NCBI GenBank assembly: GCA_028534125.1
Contig: CM052816.1
Coordinates: 99,698,001-99,762,000, forward strand
Direction of reading: 5' to 3'
Length of the DNA: 64,000 nt
Origin: Lama glama
Taxonomy: Eukaryota
Shown here: positions 12,942 through 25,907 of the stretch, one piece after another
Position numbering within the stretch: position 1 is the stretch's first letter
Layout: each line of letters starts with the position of its first letter
The notes under the pieces: model-generated
What the model saw: the letters and a program-made list of their open reading frames with translations, nothing else
What the model was told of the DNA's origin: nothing
Databases searched by the model: none
Made by a program: the position numbers and the translations under genes

Positions 12942-13075
12942 TGATACAAAATACATACACACAGATACACACACATACACAAATGCACATACACATGGGC
13001 ACACAGACACACACACACAAGCACACCAACACCCACACACATACACACGTGCACACACACAGACACACATGCACA
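12942..13075. repeat. Degenerate CA-rich simple repeat
   Basis: Interrupted (CA)n runs over ~130 bp. Confidence 0.85.
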
Positions 13076-14264
13076 AACCTTAGCCTGGCAAGAGCATCTC
13101 CTACTGAATTCTTAGCTGAAATTGTCTCATTAGTTCTGTACGCGTCCCTGTGGATCTACTGCCCTTGGAAATTCCAAGATAAAACTTACTTAAGAAGAAA
13201 AAACAAGAGGCTCAAAAAAATGTGCCTTAAGAAAGAAAATCATTTCCTCTTCTCAGAACTCTCTGTGGAAGAAGAGTGCAGCTTCCTCTTTAAAATCCGT
13301 AAGTTGGGAAAGTCGTGTGATTTTCTTGCTCCCAGTTTTCACTTAGTGTGACCCGGTTTGTGCACCAAGGAAAGAAAGATGAACATGGAAACCCTTGCTT
13401 CATCACTTCCTAAAATAAAAATGGCTGGCACGAAACAACACTAACATGAATCACAAGGCATCCGGCCTGAAAGCAAAGGCATGTTTTCCACGATTCGTGT
13501 GTTGGTTATAGAAGGTTCTCCACCAGCAAAAACCTCGACCATCACTCTCCCAACAGTAGCTCTGGTGGTCTGGATCCAGACTTCACTGTGAAGCGAGAGG
13601 AGCGAACTGGCATAATAGGCAGCCATTTGTTGCCACGTGACTTGACAAAATATTTAGGCACGAAAGGATCGCACGTTCTTTGAGGAAAAGAATCATTTTA
13701 AATTGCTGTGAGACTCCAGTGGCGGGAGGGGTGCTTTCCGTGTGGAGCGGCACGGTGGGTGCGGGATGGAGACTTGTTCCCCTGGGGCCCCGTCCCCACC
13801 CCCGCCCTCCCCTTTAGGAGACAGAGCCCTGGTACCCACATTCCCATGCTCCCCTCTCCTCCATGCTGGTCTTTCTTCAACTTAATAGATTGTTCATTTT
13901 TGCTAAGATGCTACAATCTTACCCCAGGTATATCTGCATTTTGAGAGCTGTCAGAATTTTAAGCAAAGTTGTGACGTTCAGATGACAGTGGTGGAGGACA
14001 GATATTCTGAATCGTGGGAAATCTGGCATCTGCTGGCACAGGGCTTCCTCCGACAGCTCCAGTGCACCTGCCAAAAATGACGCTCGCTCTTGTTTTATAG
14101 CTTTTGCCACCAGTGTTGAGTGGATTTCTCAAATCAGAATCTCTACCTCAATTCTTTTTGCCACTAAGTTTCCTGATTTCCGGTTTCTCTCTCCTTTGCT
14201 CACATGTCACTGAATCCTAAATTATGCTAAAGGTGGAAAGAGCACATAAGGAGGATTTACTGCC

Positions 14265-14345
14265 AAGCTCTCACTTTACAGATGAGGACACAGAGGGGTT
14301 GCAACATCAGGGGGCTTATCCAGTCTCCTCAGCCTGCAGGTTCAC
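14265..14345 (-). mobile_element. MIR fragment
   Basis: 'ctctcactttacagatgaggacacagagg' is the MIR core motif. Confidence 0.55.
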
Positions 14346-15559
14346 ACAGAGCAGTGTGTGGACCAGGCCTCCCTGTGTGATGCACTCTGCCTTCCCTGGC
14401 ACCGGCTCCAGGGCCTCCAGCACACCAGCTGTCCAGACACAATGCTGAGAAAGGCCTGAACCCTGCAGACCTTATCAGTGTCTTTGTTCTACCAAAACAG
14501 AGATGTAACTTTACTGGGTTACTGAGAAGGAAGCAGATAAAGAACTTGAAAACTGAGCAGAACATATGAAAAACATGCAAAATATGTTTGTGTTTAATGA
14601 AGGATGAGGGTGGTGGTGTGAGTGAGATATCTGAACCCTTTGTTAAGAGTCATTATGTCCTAATAACTTAACACCCATGATCTTGCCCAGGGAGAAACCC
14701 CGGCCCCTTCTTATGCCTTTTCATGTTGTTTCATGAAGACACAGCTGAATGTTTAGACAGGAACACAAGTTTCATGGAGACATATATAAAAATATTGGAA
14801 GTTTTTGTGATCTGTATTCTCATTTCCTTCAAAGGACTGGTTTGGTATTTGCAAAAGAAAAAGAGAGGGAGAGAGAAACCTATTATAATATTTTTAAATG
14901 GAAATTTTAAAATGGCTATAAACTCCAGAAAGAGAGAGAAAATGATTATCAAAAATATCTGTTGTAATTTAGCTACAGTGTGTTTAAGTCTACGTCTCTC
15001 TGGCACCAAAGTCAAAGGAGGGAATGGGATTTACTACAACTTCTCACCTTCTGCACGTTCATCATGCGGGGGTTTCAAACCCGAGTGCCTGCTAGAGCCC
15101 AGCTGCTGTTCCCCGATGGCCGCCCCTCTGTCCCTGCGGCCCCTCACTTCCCTAATCGCTGACTGGCTGAGTCCACTCTTTGGAGCCAACAGAGTCCCAG
15201 GCGACCAAGCCTTTCCCCTCTAACAAGGAGGCAGGCGGGTCACAGGGGGGGCTTCTGCACTCGGGGGGGGCCCAGCAAGGCCCAGCTCTGTTTCCTTCTT
15301 TCTTTTTTTTTTTTTAATTTAAATCTGAAAGAAAAATGTTGCTTGAATCCTTAGATCAGAGCCCTAAGCCATAAACTGGCCAGCGTCCTCACCCAGGGAC
15401 GGCCCCACCTGGGCTCCTGCCGCAGGCTCGGGGTGGGTCCTCCCTTCTCCCCTCTGAGCCCCACGTGGAGGCCCCACCCCCAGCTCGCTAAGGTCCTTCT
15501 GATGTGCAGACGTGGGTGGAGGAACATTCTGGAGCAGCACGCCCCAGCAAGACCTCTCC

Positions 15560-15955
15560 ACCGTGCTTTGCCCCCGGGCCACGGGGGGCCCAGAAGTGTG
15601 GTCAGACCTGATTCTGGGTGTTTCCAGATGATAGTGGCCTTTGAATGGGTGAACTGAGTCAGCAGGTTGACCTCCCAGTGTGGTTGGGTCTTGTCCAATC
15701 CCTTAAAGGACGGAACACGACAAAAAGGCACCCCCTCCCTCGGTTGAGAGGATGCTCCGCTGGCCTGATGGCCTTGGAGCTGAGATGCTGGTCCCTTCCC
15801 GCCCTCGGACTACAACCGCCAGGGGCTCCTGGGGTCTCCTGCCAGCAACTCAGGCCTCCCTCCCATCGTCTCGTGAGCTCAGGCTGTCTCACACTCTTTC
15901 TGCAGGGTTGTCGGCTCCTGCTTGGTTCTGCTCTTCTGGAGAACCTAGCCACACC
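15560..15955 (+). mobile_element. ERVL LTR, MLT2-like (MLT2C/D)
   Basis: Colinear with recalled MLT2: 'gggccacggggggcccagaagtgtggtcagacctgattctgggtgtttc', 'tccaatcccttaaaggacggaacacgacaaaaagg', and the 3' end 'ttggttctgctcttctggagaacct'. Confidence 0.75.
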
Positions 15956-18496
15956 CCCAACCCAGACCCTTCTGGAAGGTTCAGCGAGAAGATGCAGCTT
16001 ACGCCCACCCACCTATGTCCCCACAGGGACCAGATCAGAGCAGACTCTGTCTCCTTTGTGATTATGAGAAACAGCCAACACAGGGCAAAATCCCTCTCCT
16101 CAGAGCCTCTTTGGGGAGCTTCCTCCTCCTCTCTTGCCCTGTGGGACCATCTCCCATCTCTTCCTGGTGGCCCCCTCCCCACCTTTTAAATAAGAGTTTG
16201 AATAAAGCTTGCACTGCCATTACGAGATGTGTGTCTTTTTAATGAGCGCTGTGAGGTCTTTATCACAAATGCCGCCGGGCCGCCCGGCAGTCCCGCGGTG
16301 GCTGGACTATAGAGAGTGATTAATGCAAGTGTAAACCCCGGCTCTTCCTGCAACCTTCTGCAGAAACATCTCCTTCCCCATCCACAGTGCCCAGAAGCGC
16401 CCGGGGCAGACCCCCGAGGCAGTCCTCTCTTTCAGGGACCCTGGGATATCCGGGCTGTGGAGGTCCCTCTGGGCAGGGGCAGAGACGAGGGGAAACCCCC
16501 CAAAATAGGTCAATTGGATTGTCCCGAGGCCTCGGCACCCTTTATGTTTTCTGGCTTCGACTCTGTGGCTCAGCCTGTTGGAATTGGACCTGACACATCT
16601 TTTCAACCTGCTGTGATTGTGTCTTGATTCTGCAGAAAATGTCGATGCCCCAGGAGAAATTTCTGGAAGAGGCGGACCTAGCCGGGGGCTGTCCCAACGA
16701 AGCATCTTAGTCCCGCACCCTGTAACTGTCACCCTGTTCCCCTGAGCCCTCCAGCTCAGCTCAGGCCGGCGGTTTGCTGTGGCCGTGAACCTGACTGTGC
16801 TGGTTTCAAGGGCAGTGGTTCTGCGGGTGAACTTGGCCTATGAACTGCCCCCGGACCGTGAGCTGACCGCACAGCCGGCCCCCAGCCACACCATCTAGCT
16901 GCGGGCCCAGAGAAGCTTTTTTTAAACTCACTTTTCAATGGATATATTCTACCCACTGCAGACACCCTCTGCGTTTGATGTAATATTTTGATTAAGTGCA
17001 GGGATGAGTCCACTCAGGCTGGATAATTAAGCACAAAACCAGGGCGAGGAGGCACTTGGGTAAAAATCTAAGGGTGGTGCGTGTGCAGACGGGGCTCCCT
17101 AGCGCTGGCAGGCTGCGGAGGTGGCGGCCGTGACCCTGCACACGAACACCGGGGGCGCTGCGGAGTCAGCCCAGCGACGAGTGCGCAGACGCGCTCCGCG
17201 CGTGCAGCTCCCGTGCGGGAGGCACCGATTGTTCAGCTCCGGCCGGAGACTTTTGGATTTTGAATTGCCAGTTCTCTCACCTAGAGATTTGATTTGGAGT
17301 AGAATGTCTCTTCGTAGACACTATTGTCACGTGGGGACTAGAACGTGGTGGCTGGACTAGGGGGTCCCGAGTCTGGGCTGAGAGCTGAGCCCTGGTTTTG
17401 CGATGTTCCTGCACTTGCTTTCCGCCGCCGCCACCTGTCTTGCTCGGTTTTCAGTTCCCTGGCTCTGTCCAAGGAGGGGATGGAGTGTTTACTTCAATGC
17501 AGAGGGGACACGACTGACGACGGAGGCTCCAGGACAGGAGGTCAGGGCTCCTGGCTGAAGCTGGGAGGTGTCGGGACACTTCCCGGGGCCCTGACCTGGG
17601 ATCCTCCACTGCAGCCAGTCAGCAACTGTTTAGGTCACTGGGAAACAGTGAACCATTGCAAGGAGAGCACTTCCTCGGGTTTCCAGCTTTGCTTGTTTAC
17701 ACTGAAAACAAAGCATGCCCAGCAACCCCGCATTCCCAGCGAAAGACTTGGAATGGACCTTAAAATGAATTTAAAAAAATAATCGGCTTAAAAAAGATTT
17801 CTGTTCTAGTACCGACTTACCGTTACAAGTGACATTATTCACATATCTGAGGCTGGTCCACAGCCCTTTGCCAGAGAGGTGAAGTTTTAGATATTCGAGT
17901 GCTAATCCCCAGCTAGGCAATGGGCCACGTCGCCCCAGGGAAGTTAGTACGTTTTCACACACGAGTGAACCAAACCTTGCTCCTTCGACTCTGCGTGGCT
18001 TCAGGTATATTTTCTTGTTTACACCATGTTTTGTATCCACCTTGCTGAGACACCTCCAAGTTGTATCTGTTCTGAAGCCAATGAGATAAAGATTCATTAC
18101 ACTATGCCATGTAAGTGATCAGGTATCAAACAAACTTCTAAAACTTTTAATATATAGTTGAAATTTTTTTTTTAAAAAAGGTTAAAAACAAGTTATTTAA
18201 AAAAAGTTACCACCGCCCTGGTAACACAAAGAAACAAATTACCAGTTGCAACAACTTGTGGGTGACTGATGTGATGCTGAGTCCACAGCGGTTCCCACCC
18301 TGTGTGAGTGTTGAGATTTTTCACGGAAGGTCACGGAAGGGGATGACCTCTTCGTATATATGGTTTCCAGTTCTTATCTAAGTTTATCTTTTTTCTAGGC
18401 ATCTGGTTTATTATGGTGATTAACCTTAGAAATACTCAGGAGAGTGGGCTACAAATGCCATCCTGTAATTCAGAAATTAGGGAACAAAATAAATGA

Positions 18497-18792
18497 TGCT
18501 TTAGACAAATGTGCACATCCCCTCAAAATTCCCATGGGGGCGTGCTAACTCCCGGTGCGAGCTGGGGCCTTTGGAAGGCGCAGGGATGAGATAAGTGTCC
18601 TTATAAGAGACCCCAGAGGGATCCCTTGCTCCTGCCACCATGTGAGGACAGGAAGGGGGTCTCACCAGATGTGAAATCTGCCAGCACCTTGGTCTTGGAC
18701 TTCCAGCCTCCAGAAGTGTGACAGAAAGAAAAATCTGTTGTTTACAAGCCACATTCTATGATGCTCTGTTACAGCATCCTGGATGGAAAGTA
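18497..18792 (+). mobile_element. MaLR LTR, MLT1A-like
   Basis: 'tgtccttataagagaccccagag...ccaccatgtgaggaca...aaatctgccagcaccttggtcttggacttccagcctccagaagtgtga'. Confidence 0.85.
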
Positions 18793-20400
18793 GTCCGGCT
18801 GGGTTGGGTTTGGTTTTGTTTCCCACATCTTGGTGAGTTAATTTCCTGGAACCATATACTGTAATGTGGCTCCCAGGGAGGTGGTATCTGCCCGTCCACA
18901 CATTAGCCCTCGGTTTGGAGGGCTGGGCATCCCCTGTGAAGAGGCCAGTGCTGGGTCCCAGAAAGGACCAGTGCTCCCACCTCCAGAGCCCTGTGGTGTG
19001 CACTGTGTGGGGCAAGTGTGTGACAGAGGTCAGCTCAGGCCACCAGCCTCGCCCATCCAAGGGTCTCTAAGCCTGCCGTGGTCCTGTTATCCCCGGTGTG
19101 CGAGGGAGGAGATGGTGAGAGCGACAAGCAGCTGCTTCGGCTTCCTGCAGGAACGATGTGATTATTCGTCAGACTTCCGAATGGACGCTCTTTGAACTGG
19201 AAGTAGCTGACCCAGGTCATCTTTTGCCGTGGTTCATCCTCACAACTGCATGATTTCTGTCACATGAACTTGGCCTTTGATGGAGCAGAGAAGCCACTGT
19301 GCTTCTCATCTGCTGTCGCCTGAGACCACAGCCCCTCACCAGCGCCAGGTGCCCCCTCCTCCCGCCACCGCCCCACCCGGTTTCCTCCTCCACGCCAGCG
19401 CGTGAGGCCTGCGAAAGCTGCAAGTCTTGACTTACTTTTCTCTGCATAAAATCATCCTGGCGGACAAATCGTGATGGAGATCATGGGATGAAAATTGTTA
19501 GGATGAAGCCCCGAATCCAGACGGGCAAAGTCCCTGCCTGAACCAGCCCACCTGGCTTCCAGCCTCTTTAAGGGGGGGCTGTCTTCTCTCCCTCAACCTC
19601 GCGCTCACTCCAGCCTCTCCCTGAGCCTCGCCCCTCCCCTCAGGCCTCGCTCCACAGCCTGGTCTCTGGAAATCGGCTTCCCATGTCCTTCCTTGGCTAA
19701 CGAATTGTCATCCGTCAGATCTCAGCTCAGCATTCCTGGCCATGCCCTCACCCCTCAAACAGCACACTGTTGCGCTCTCTGTGTGTTTCTGGGACACCCC
19801 ACACTTCTCCTTCCTGCCACTTGGACTATGAGTGCTTCTCCACGTCCACTGTTGGCTTCACGTCCACCTGCCCAGCAGAGCCTCAGCCCCACGGGCGGCT
19901 CTGGGTCTGGGCTGCCCTTCTTCCGTCCCTAGCAAAGGGCACCAGCACGGGGGAAAGTCAGGACTGAATAAAGGACAGCAGACGGGAGGGGCGGGGTCGC
20001 ACGGCAGGGACTGAGGGCAGCGCCCGTCAGCGCAGGGCTCCTGTTAGGAGGCGGAGGAAGGGATCGCGTGGCCGGCGTTCCGTGGCCCGTGTGTCTGCTG
20101 AGGGTGGGTCCACACTGAAGGGTGAGGAAGGCAGAGATGAAGGGACTCCTTCCACTGAGTCCTGCCTTGAAGGGACAGAAAGTAAGTTTCCCTGCAGCCA
20201 CCCCGGTGACAAAGCGAATCCTCAGTGCTGGGATCCCCCCGACCTCCAAGCAATGGAGACCCAAGGAGAAGGGGGCAGAAGGCTGTGTAATGGGGGCCAG
20301 GCTCCTTCAGCACGAGGGCCGCTCAGCCTGCCTGGAAGGAGGCCCTGGAGGAGAGAGAACTGGGAATTGCTGGGACTCAGGAGCAAGGCGTGCCCACGCA

Positions 20401-20421
20401 GGCAGCACCACGGACAGTGGA
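20401..20421 (+). promoter_or_regulatory. RE1/NRSE (REST binding motif)
   Basis: GGCAGCACCACGGACAGTGGA vs canonical TTCAGCACCACGGACAGCGCC; the 15-bp core CAGCACCACGGACAG (20403-20417) is identical. Confidence 0.65.
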
Positions 20422-23400
20422 CGGAGGGAGGGAGGCGCTGGGTGGGTGTGAAGGGTGGACCAGGGGTGGGTCCTGACCTTGACCTTCGACCAACCAAGGT
20501 CTCCACCCTGATTGACTTAAAAATATTAACTTCAAACTCACTTTGCTTTTTCTTATCAACCATGAGCCAAAGTAAGAAGGTACCTTCTGTCTAAACTGAC
20601 ACAGTCCACTTTGTGATTGAAGCTGTACACGTGGGCTAGCCTGTGCAGACCCCCGACTTTCAGCAGCGTGGTTCTGCAGGACCAGACACGGTGACCGTGG
20701 CTGTGGAGCCGAGAGCAGGGGGACCACACTCCAAACACTGGGAAGATGGCGATGCTGTCTCCACCTCCGTGTCGCCGGTGGTCAGTGTTTCATTCGTGGT
20801 CCACCCACCTTGGTACCACAGGGGCAGAGATAACGCTTCCTTGTGGCAGAGCCTTTAAGGCAGCCACATGGGATAGTGTCCGAGACAGATTGCTTGGGGC
20901 TTCTTTGGAGAATCTTTTGTAAATAAATCACACTATTTAATTGCACTGTCAGAAGGACCCCTCCTTGAGCAGAGGTGACAGGCTGAGCGTGGCAGCAGCG
21001 CAGGACATGTGTCTGGGGCGCAGGACATGTGTCTGGCCCGGCCAAGGGCTCCTGGCACTTGTGCTCAGTATCCAGAGCGGCCCCTCAGATTCCACGTACA
21101 TAGTAACAATTACCAGCACACAATGGCGCGACCATGTTCCCCGCGACAGAGGCAGGTTGGCTGCTTCCCATAACAGCCTCCCGGGCAGGCGGAACAAAGG
21201 GCCTGGGCCCATCTGTGCGGGGCTCTGAACACTGCCTGTTCCAGAGGCTGCCCTCCTCCCCCCGCGCCCCAGGAAGCCCGCATCCCTGCACGAGGAGCCA
21301 CTGGGCATTAGTATGATAATGAATTTTAGACACGCAGACATTCCTGACAAAGGAATGGGTTCTGGGTAGTAACTTAGCAGGTGGAAGACCCAGAGCCGTG
21401 CTGACTCCGTTCACAGAGGGGCAGACCTGAGCGTCTCCACATGGGTCCCTCGGCTGGAGCGGTTCCTTCCAGGGACAATAAACAAGCCAGAAGTCCCGTG
21501 TTCTGTGCAGACGGTGGCTAGTTCCAGGGCCTTCCCACACATCTGATCATGCAGCTCACTCACCCCTCTCTGGTGGTTCTCCTGGTCTGGGACTTCACTG
21601 CAGACGGTTTGATTGTCTCAGTCACACCCTCTCCTTTCTGTCAAAGGAGGAAAAGAGATGTCCCCGCAGTGGGTTCTCCAGGATGAGGTCCAGCAAACAG
21701 CATCCTAAAGAGAAAGGAGGCTCCCTCTCGGTGAATAACTCCAAGCCGTGTCTCTGATGACGGTCCTTGACTCCCCTGTCCATCACCCCCAGAGGAACGC
21801 TCGAGCCCTGGAAGGGGCCGGAAGGGCTCCCCGCGTGTGGAACAGGACGGATGCCCTCTGCAGCTGGTCCCTGGGACACCAGCCAGCATCAGTCAGACAC
21901 GCCTTGCCTTTCTCGCACCGTCTCTTGAGTTTAAGAACTGCAGTAAGACTTGGGTCAGCCACAGAAGTCGAAACCCCGGCCACGTCGACAACAAAGAGTA
22001 ACATCAACAACAAAACATGCCTTTGATGCCAGGAGGGGGACGCAGGTGAGCCCGAGTCGCATAGAGTCCCCGAACGCGGTGGCACCGGTCCGCGGCAGTT
22101 AACAGCTATTATGCAAACACGATGGAATGTGCCCGGTGCGCGCACTGATGGAAAAACCCGGGTCATTAGCCACTGGGGGCTGCGCGATGCCCACACGGCT
22201 CTCCAGCTGCGATCCAAGTGTGTTTCCATAAAACCTCAGCGCCCTTAACAAGGAGTTTGATGGAGTGTTAACAACCTCCAGCTTCGGGTCGAGCTGTTAA
22301 CCAACAGAGTCCTTATTAACTGCTGGTAACGACTGCGTTCCTGGGGATTACTGCTTAATTATGACCCTGATGGCCAGTCCCACCTCCTGACTCGGGAGAT
22401 GGCTCTCCATCACCGCCGTTTCCCAGTGACCTTCCTTTCCTGCGGTGCGTCTCCGCCAGCTGGAACCGCGGGAGAGGTCGGGGGACGGCTGGCGCCAAGG
22501 ATGCTTCCAGAGACAGTGTTCACGCAACCCACGTTGTTTTCAAGGCTCCGCTGGTCGGGGTCCTCTGGAGGCACTTAGCAATCCTGGCAGAGCTGCTGGT
22601 GACAAATGCTTCCCCAGGAACTATTGTTTTACCCCAAACAAGAAGCAGACTGCTCCGGTCGGGCGATTCTGCACCCCAGCTGCCTGGAGCGACCCCTGAC
22701 ACACACGCGTTCCCACGTCTGGGTAGTGACCTGACGGGGAGGATTCAGAGGGGCTGCACCTTTTTCATGTTTCTCACGGCGTGTCGCCTTGTGAGGAGAG
22801 CTCGGGTCCCCACAAACTGCCAAGCCACGCCGACAGTCAGGCCTGGGACCATTCCTGGACCCACGGCCATGGTGTTCTCCAAAAATGGTTACACTTCCTG
22901 TTTGAAATTAAATCAGCAGTGTCCATGGAGTGAGGTTTCTTCGTCCTTTTTCTCAGCGTCGGCCCTCTTAACTCCCCCCAATCACTTGACCACTGAATCC
23001 CTTCAGAGCAAGATGTTTAAACGACTTTAAAGTTTCAGAAATTCTTGTTTAATGTTTGCAAACATCATGTATCTGTACAGAATAAAGGCTTCTCCCCGTG
23101 CCCGCATGATCGGACCCTGCAGGAGGAGTCCACTCGCTCCTGTGAATATTATAATTTAACTCAGGTCAGCTCACCGCCCTCACTGACCTCTTACTCTACG
23201 ATGCACCTGACGGGCTGTCCCACAACCGTTACTCAAGGGACAACTGCTGAACGATGTGCGTGCATTTTTGTGAGTGTCTATATACCAATATTTCAAATCA
23301 AGAATGAGGTTTTCTAATCAGCTGTTGTGGGCGCAGGGCTGTGAGCTCCTCTCCCAGAGACTGGCATTTGTCACAAAGGGACACGGAGGGACAGTTCCTG

Positions 23401-25139
23401 GCAGCAGACACCTGCTGGTTTCCCCACAGGGGTCCTCACAGAGAGTCGGCCCAGCCAGTCGAGCCGTGCCCTTACGAGAGGATTGTGCCAAGTCCATCAC
23501 CAGGATCACCATCGCCGGCGCAGGCTGGGCGGGGCCTCGGGACGGCCGCAGGCGGGGAGGGGTGGGCTCATCCCCCACGGGCGCGCAGGGAGGTTGTGGG
23601 AGGGAGGCTGGGGGCTGGAAGGTGACGGCCTCTCAGTCTCCCTCTTGGGACTGCAGTCTGGAGAGGATAGCCTTAAGAGAAGGAGATCCCAACGGCAGAA
23701 GAAAAGCGAACACTTTCCCCTCCTTGAGGGCCTCTGTGAGGGGCTGCTCCAGGCGTCCCCGTTCACCAGGCGCTGCCACCTCTCAGGCACTGGGGGAGGC
23801 TGACGTCCCCGGAGTCTCCCTGGGCTCTGCGGGGTGTGGACAGGGACCAAAGTCACAGGCTCGCTGGGGAGCCGGGGAAAAGGGCTTGCTGGGGCAGGGG
23901 CAGAAGACTCAGGAAGAAGAGGGCAGACCGCTGTCCCTGCCCGGCCCCAGAGGGTCCCAGCAGCTCCCGGAGGGGCCCTCACAGGACCAGCTCTGCCCAG
24001 GTGGGAGATGAGAGAGCTGTCAGGGGTCCCACCAGCCGAGACTTGAAACGCAGCAGGTGCCCGCAGACAGGAGCTGAGGTGGGGTCCTCCCGCCCTTGCC
24101 CGCTGCGCTGGGCCGGCCGCGCCCTCCGCTCCAAGTCACCCGGCCTGAAGGGAAGGGGCCGCTGGGGAGGCTCCGGGCCCAGCAGTGCAGGAAGGGGCTG
24201 TCGGTGTCCTCCGATCGGCCTGCCCTGAAAGCATCATGCCTAGTTTAGTGGATTCTGGCTCCGAGGAGGGGACCTGGGAGGCAGAAACGACACAGCGAGC
24301 CCTGAGCTCTTCGGCGCGTGTGGTGAGCTGCGCGTCCGCCACGCTGCGCTGCGGCATCTTGTCTCTAAGCCTTCTCTCTCTCGCTTTCCAGATCTATCCG
24401 GGCTCTTGTTTGGGAAAATCACTGACATTTTTTCCTGTCTCCACCCCTTGTTTGCAAGAAGCTACAAATGCGGATTTGGGGAAACTCTTTGGCAGACGCG
24501 TTCCTCCCTGCCAGAATTAAATGAATGCAATATTAAAAATGCCTTTGAACGTGTTCCCCAGATTGGAAAGAATATTTATAAACCGAGCTCGGGAACACAC
24601 ACCACTCCGCCTCCCAGGGAACAACAGGGCGGGTTCCTGTGGGGAGGACGGGGTTCAGGCGCCCAGCTCCTCCGCCCAGGCTGGGCCAGCGCCGTACCTG
24701 CCATCCGGCTGCCCGCGGGGTCCCCACGAGGCGGTGCCCAGCCTCACCGATAGGGCGCCAACCAAACTGGGTTTTGAACCATTCGCGATACCCGTATGTG
24801 CTGTGTACTCAGATTCTGATCCTTAATGAAATCAAGGAACATTGGAGGTGAATAAGAGCACTATAAAGTCCCTGAGGGTCACGCTCTCTGTCTCTCTCTC
24901 TCCCTGATCACGCTGAGCCTGCCACCTTTTCACACGAGTGCATCAGGCACTCGCAGACCACGGTGTCGGGCAGGCAAGCTAGAGCTGTTTTCTGCAGACA
25001 CGGGGCTCCACATCTCAGGCCAGAGAAGCACTGTGTTCTGGAGAGAATGACGTGATTTATATCAAGCTTCACAGAAAGCGAGCATGTTAAAGGGTGCTGG
25101 ACATAAGGCAGTGATGTCTGCACCCACATCTCCAGCCCA

Positions 25140-25140
<1 letters not shown>

Positions 25141-25171
<31 letters not shown>
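25141..25171. repeat. (CA)n microsatellite
   Basis: About 15 CA units read directly. Confidence 0.95.
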
Positions 25172-25173
<2 letters not shown>

Positions 25174-25683
25174 AAAGCATTCACAGACTGGGTAGACATG
25201 GATTTGAGAATAGCATTTATATTAAGTTTGTTCTAAATTTGCGTACGTCCTAATGGTAGGTATATTCGCTTTACGTTTTCTGCATCTCATTCTTATTTCT
25301 CCTCTGCAGTCACACGGAGGAGGGGCTGCCGGTCCCTCATCCCCGGGAACATGGAGCAGTGGGGGCACTGTTAGCAGGCACTGCCATGGAGTCTGGTCCT
25401 GCCCGCACTGTCTGGATGCCAGAGAGGCTCCTGGGAGGCAGCAGATGCCACCTCTCCTCCCCGTGCCCTGTGTAGACATCACTTTGCAATGAGCAACGGT
25501 GCCGAGTTCAGACTGGGGTCACGGGGCTTCATATGAACAGAACATTGAAGTGCTTGTCTCCGGTCCGTGTCTGGCTGCGTCTTTGTCTTACAGTCATGGT
25601 ACATGATGCTCTGCATTTTTTCAAGGGCCGCATTTTTCTTTAAAAATAAAACTTTCCACACTTATAGAATGCAAGAGAACTAC

Positions 25684-25907
25684 TTTTTTTTGGTCTTTTT
25701 TAAATTGAAATATAGTCTCGGTTTACAATGTGTTAATTTCTGGTGCACAGCATAGTGGTTCAGTTACACACACACACTCACACATATATATTATTCTTTT
25801 TCATGTTTTTTCATTATAGGCTATTACAAGATATTGAATATAGTTCCCTGTTCTGTACAGTAGGACCTTGTTGTTTATTTAGACAGATGACTGGATAAAG
25901 AAGTTGT
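25684..25907 (-). mobile_element. 5'-truncated cetartiodactyl/camelid L1 3' end with a short inverted 5' piece
   Basis: 25684-25881 is the reverse complement of an L1 3' terminus (T-tract, 'ctattacaagatattgaatatagttccctg', 'taggaccttgttgtttattt'); 25882-25907 'gacagatgactggataaagaagttgt' is L1 sequence in the opposite orientation. Confidence 0.85.

Noticed and set aside
23274..24011. 245-aa ORF; likewise 30195-31037, 42899-43708 and 60271-60993
   Set aside because: No protein-family resemblance, overlapping ORFs on both strands, GC-rich context; some run through repeats.
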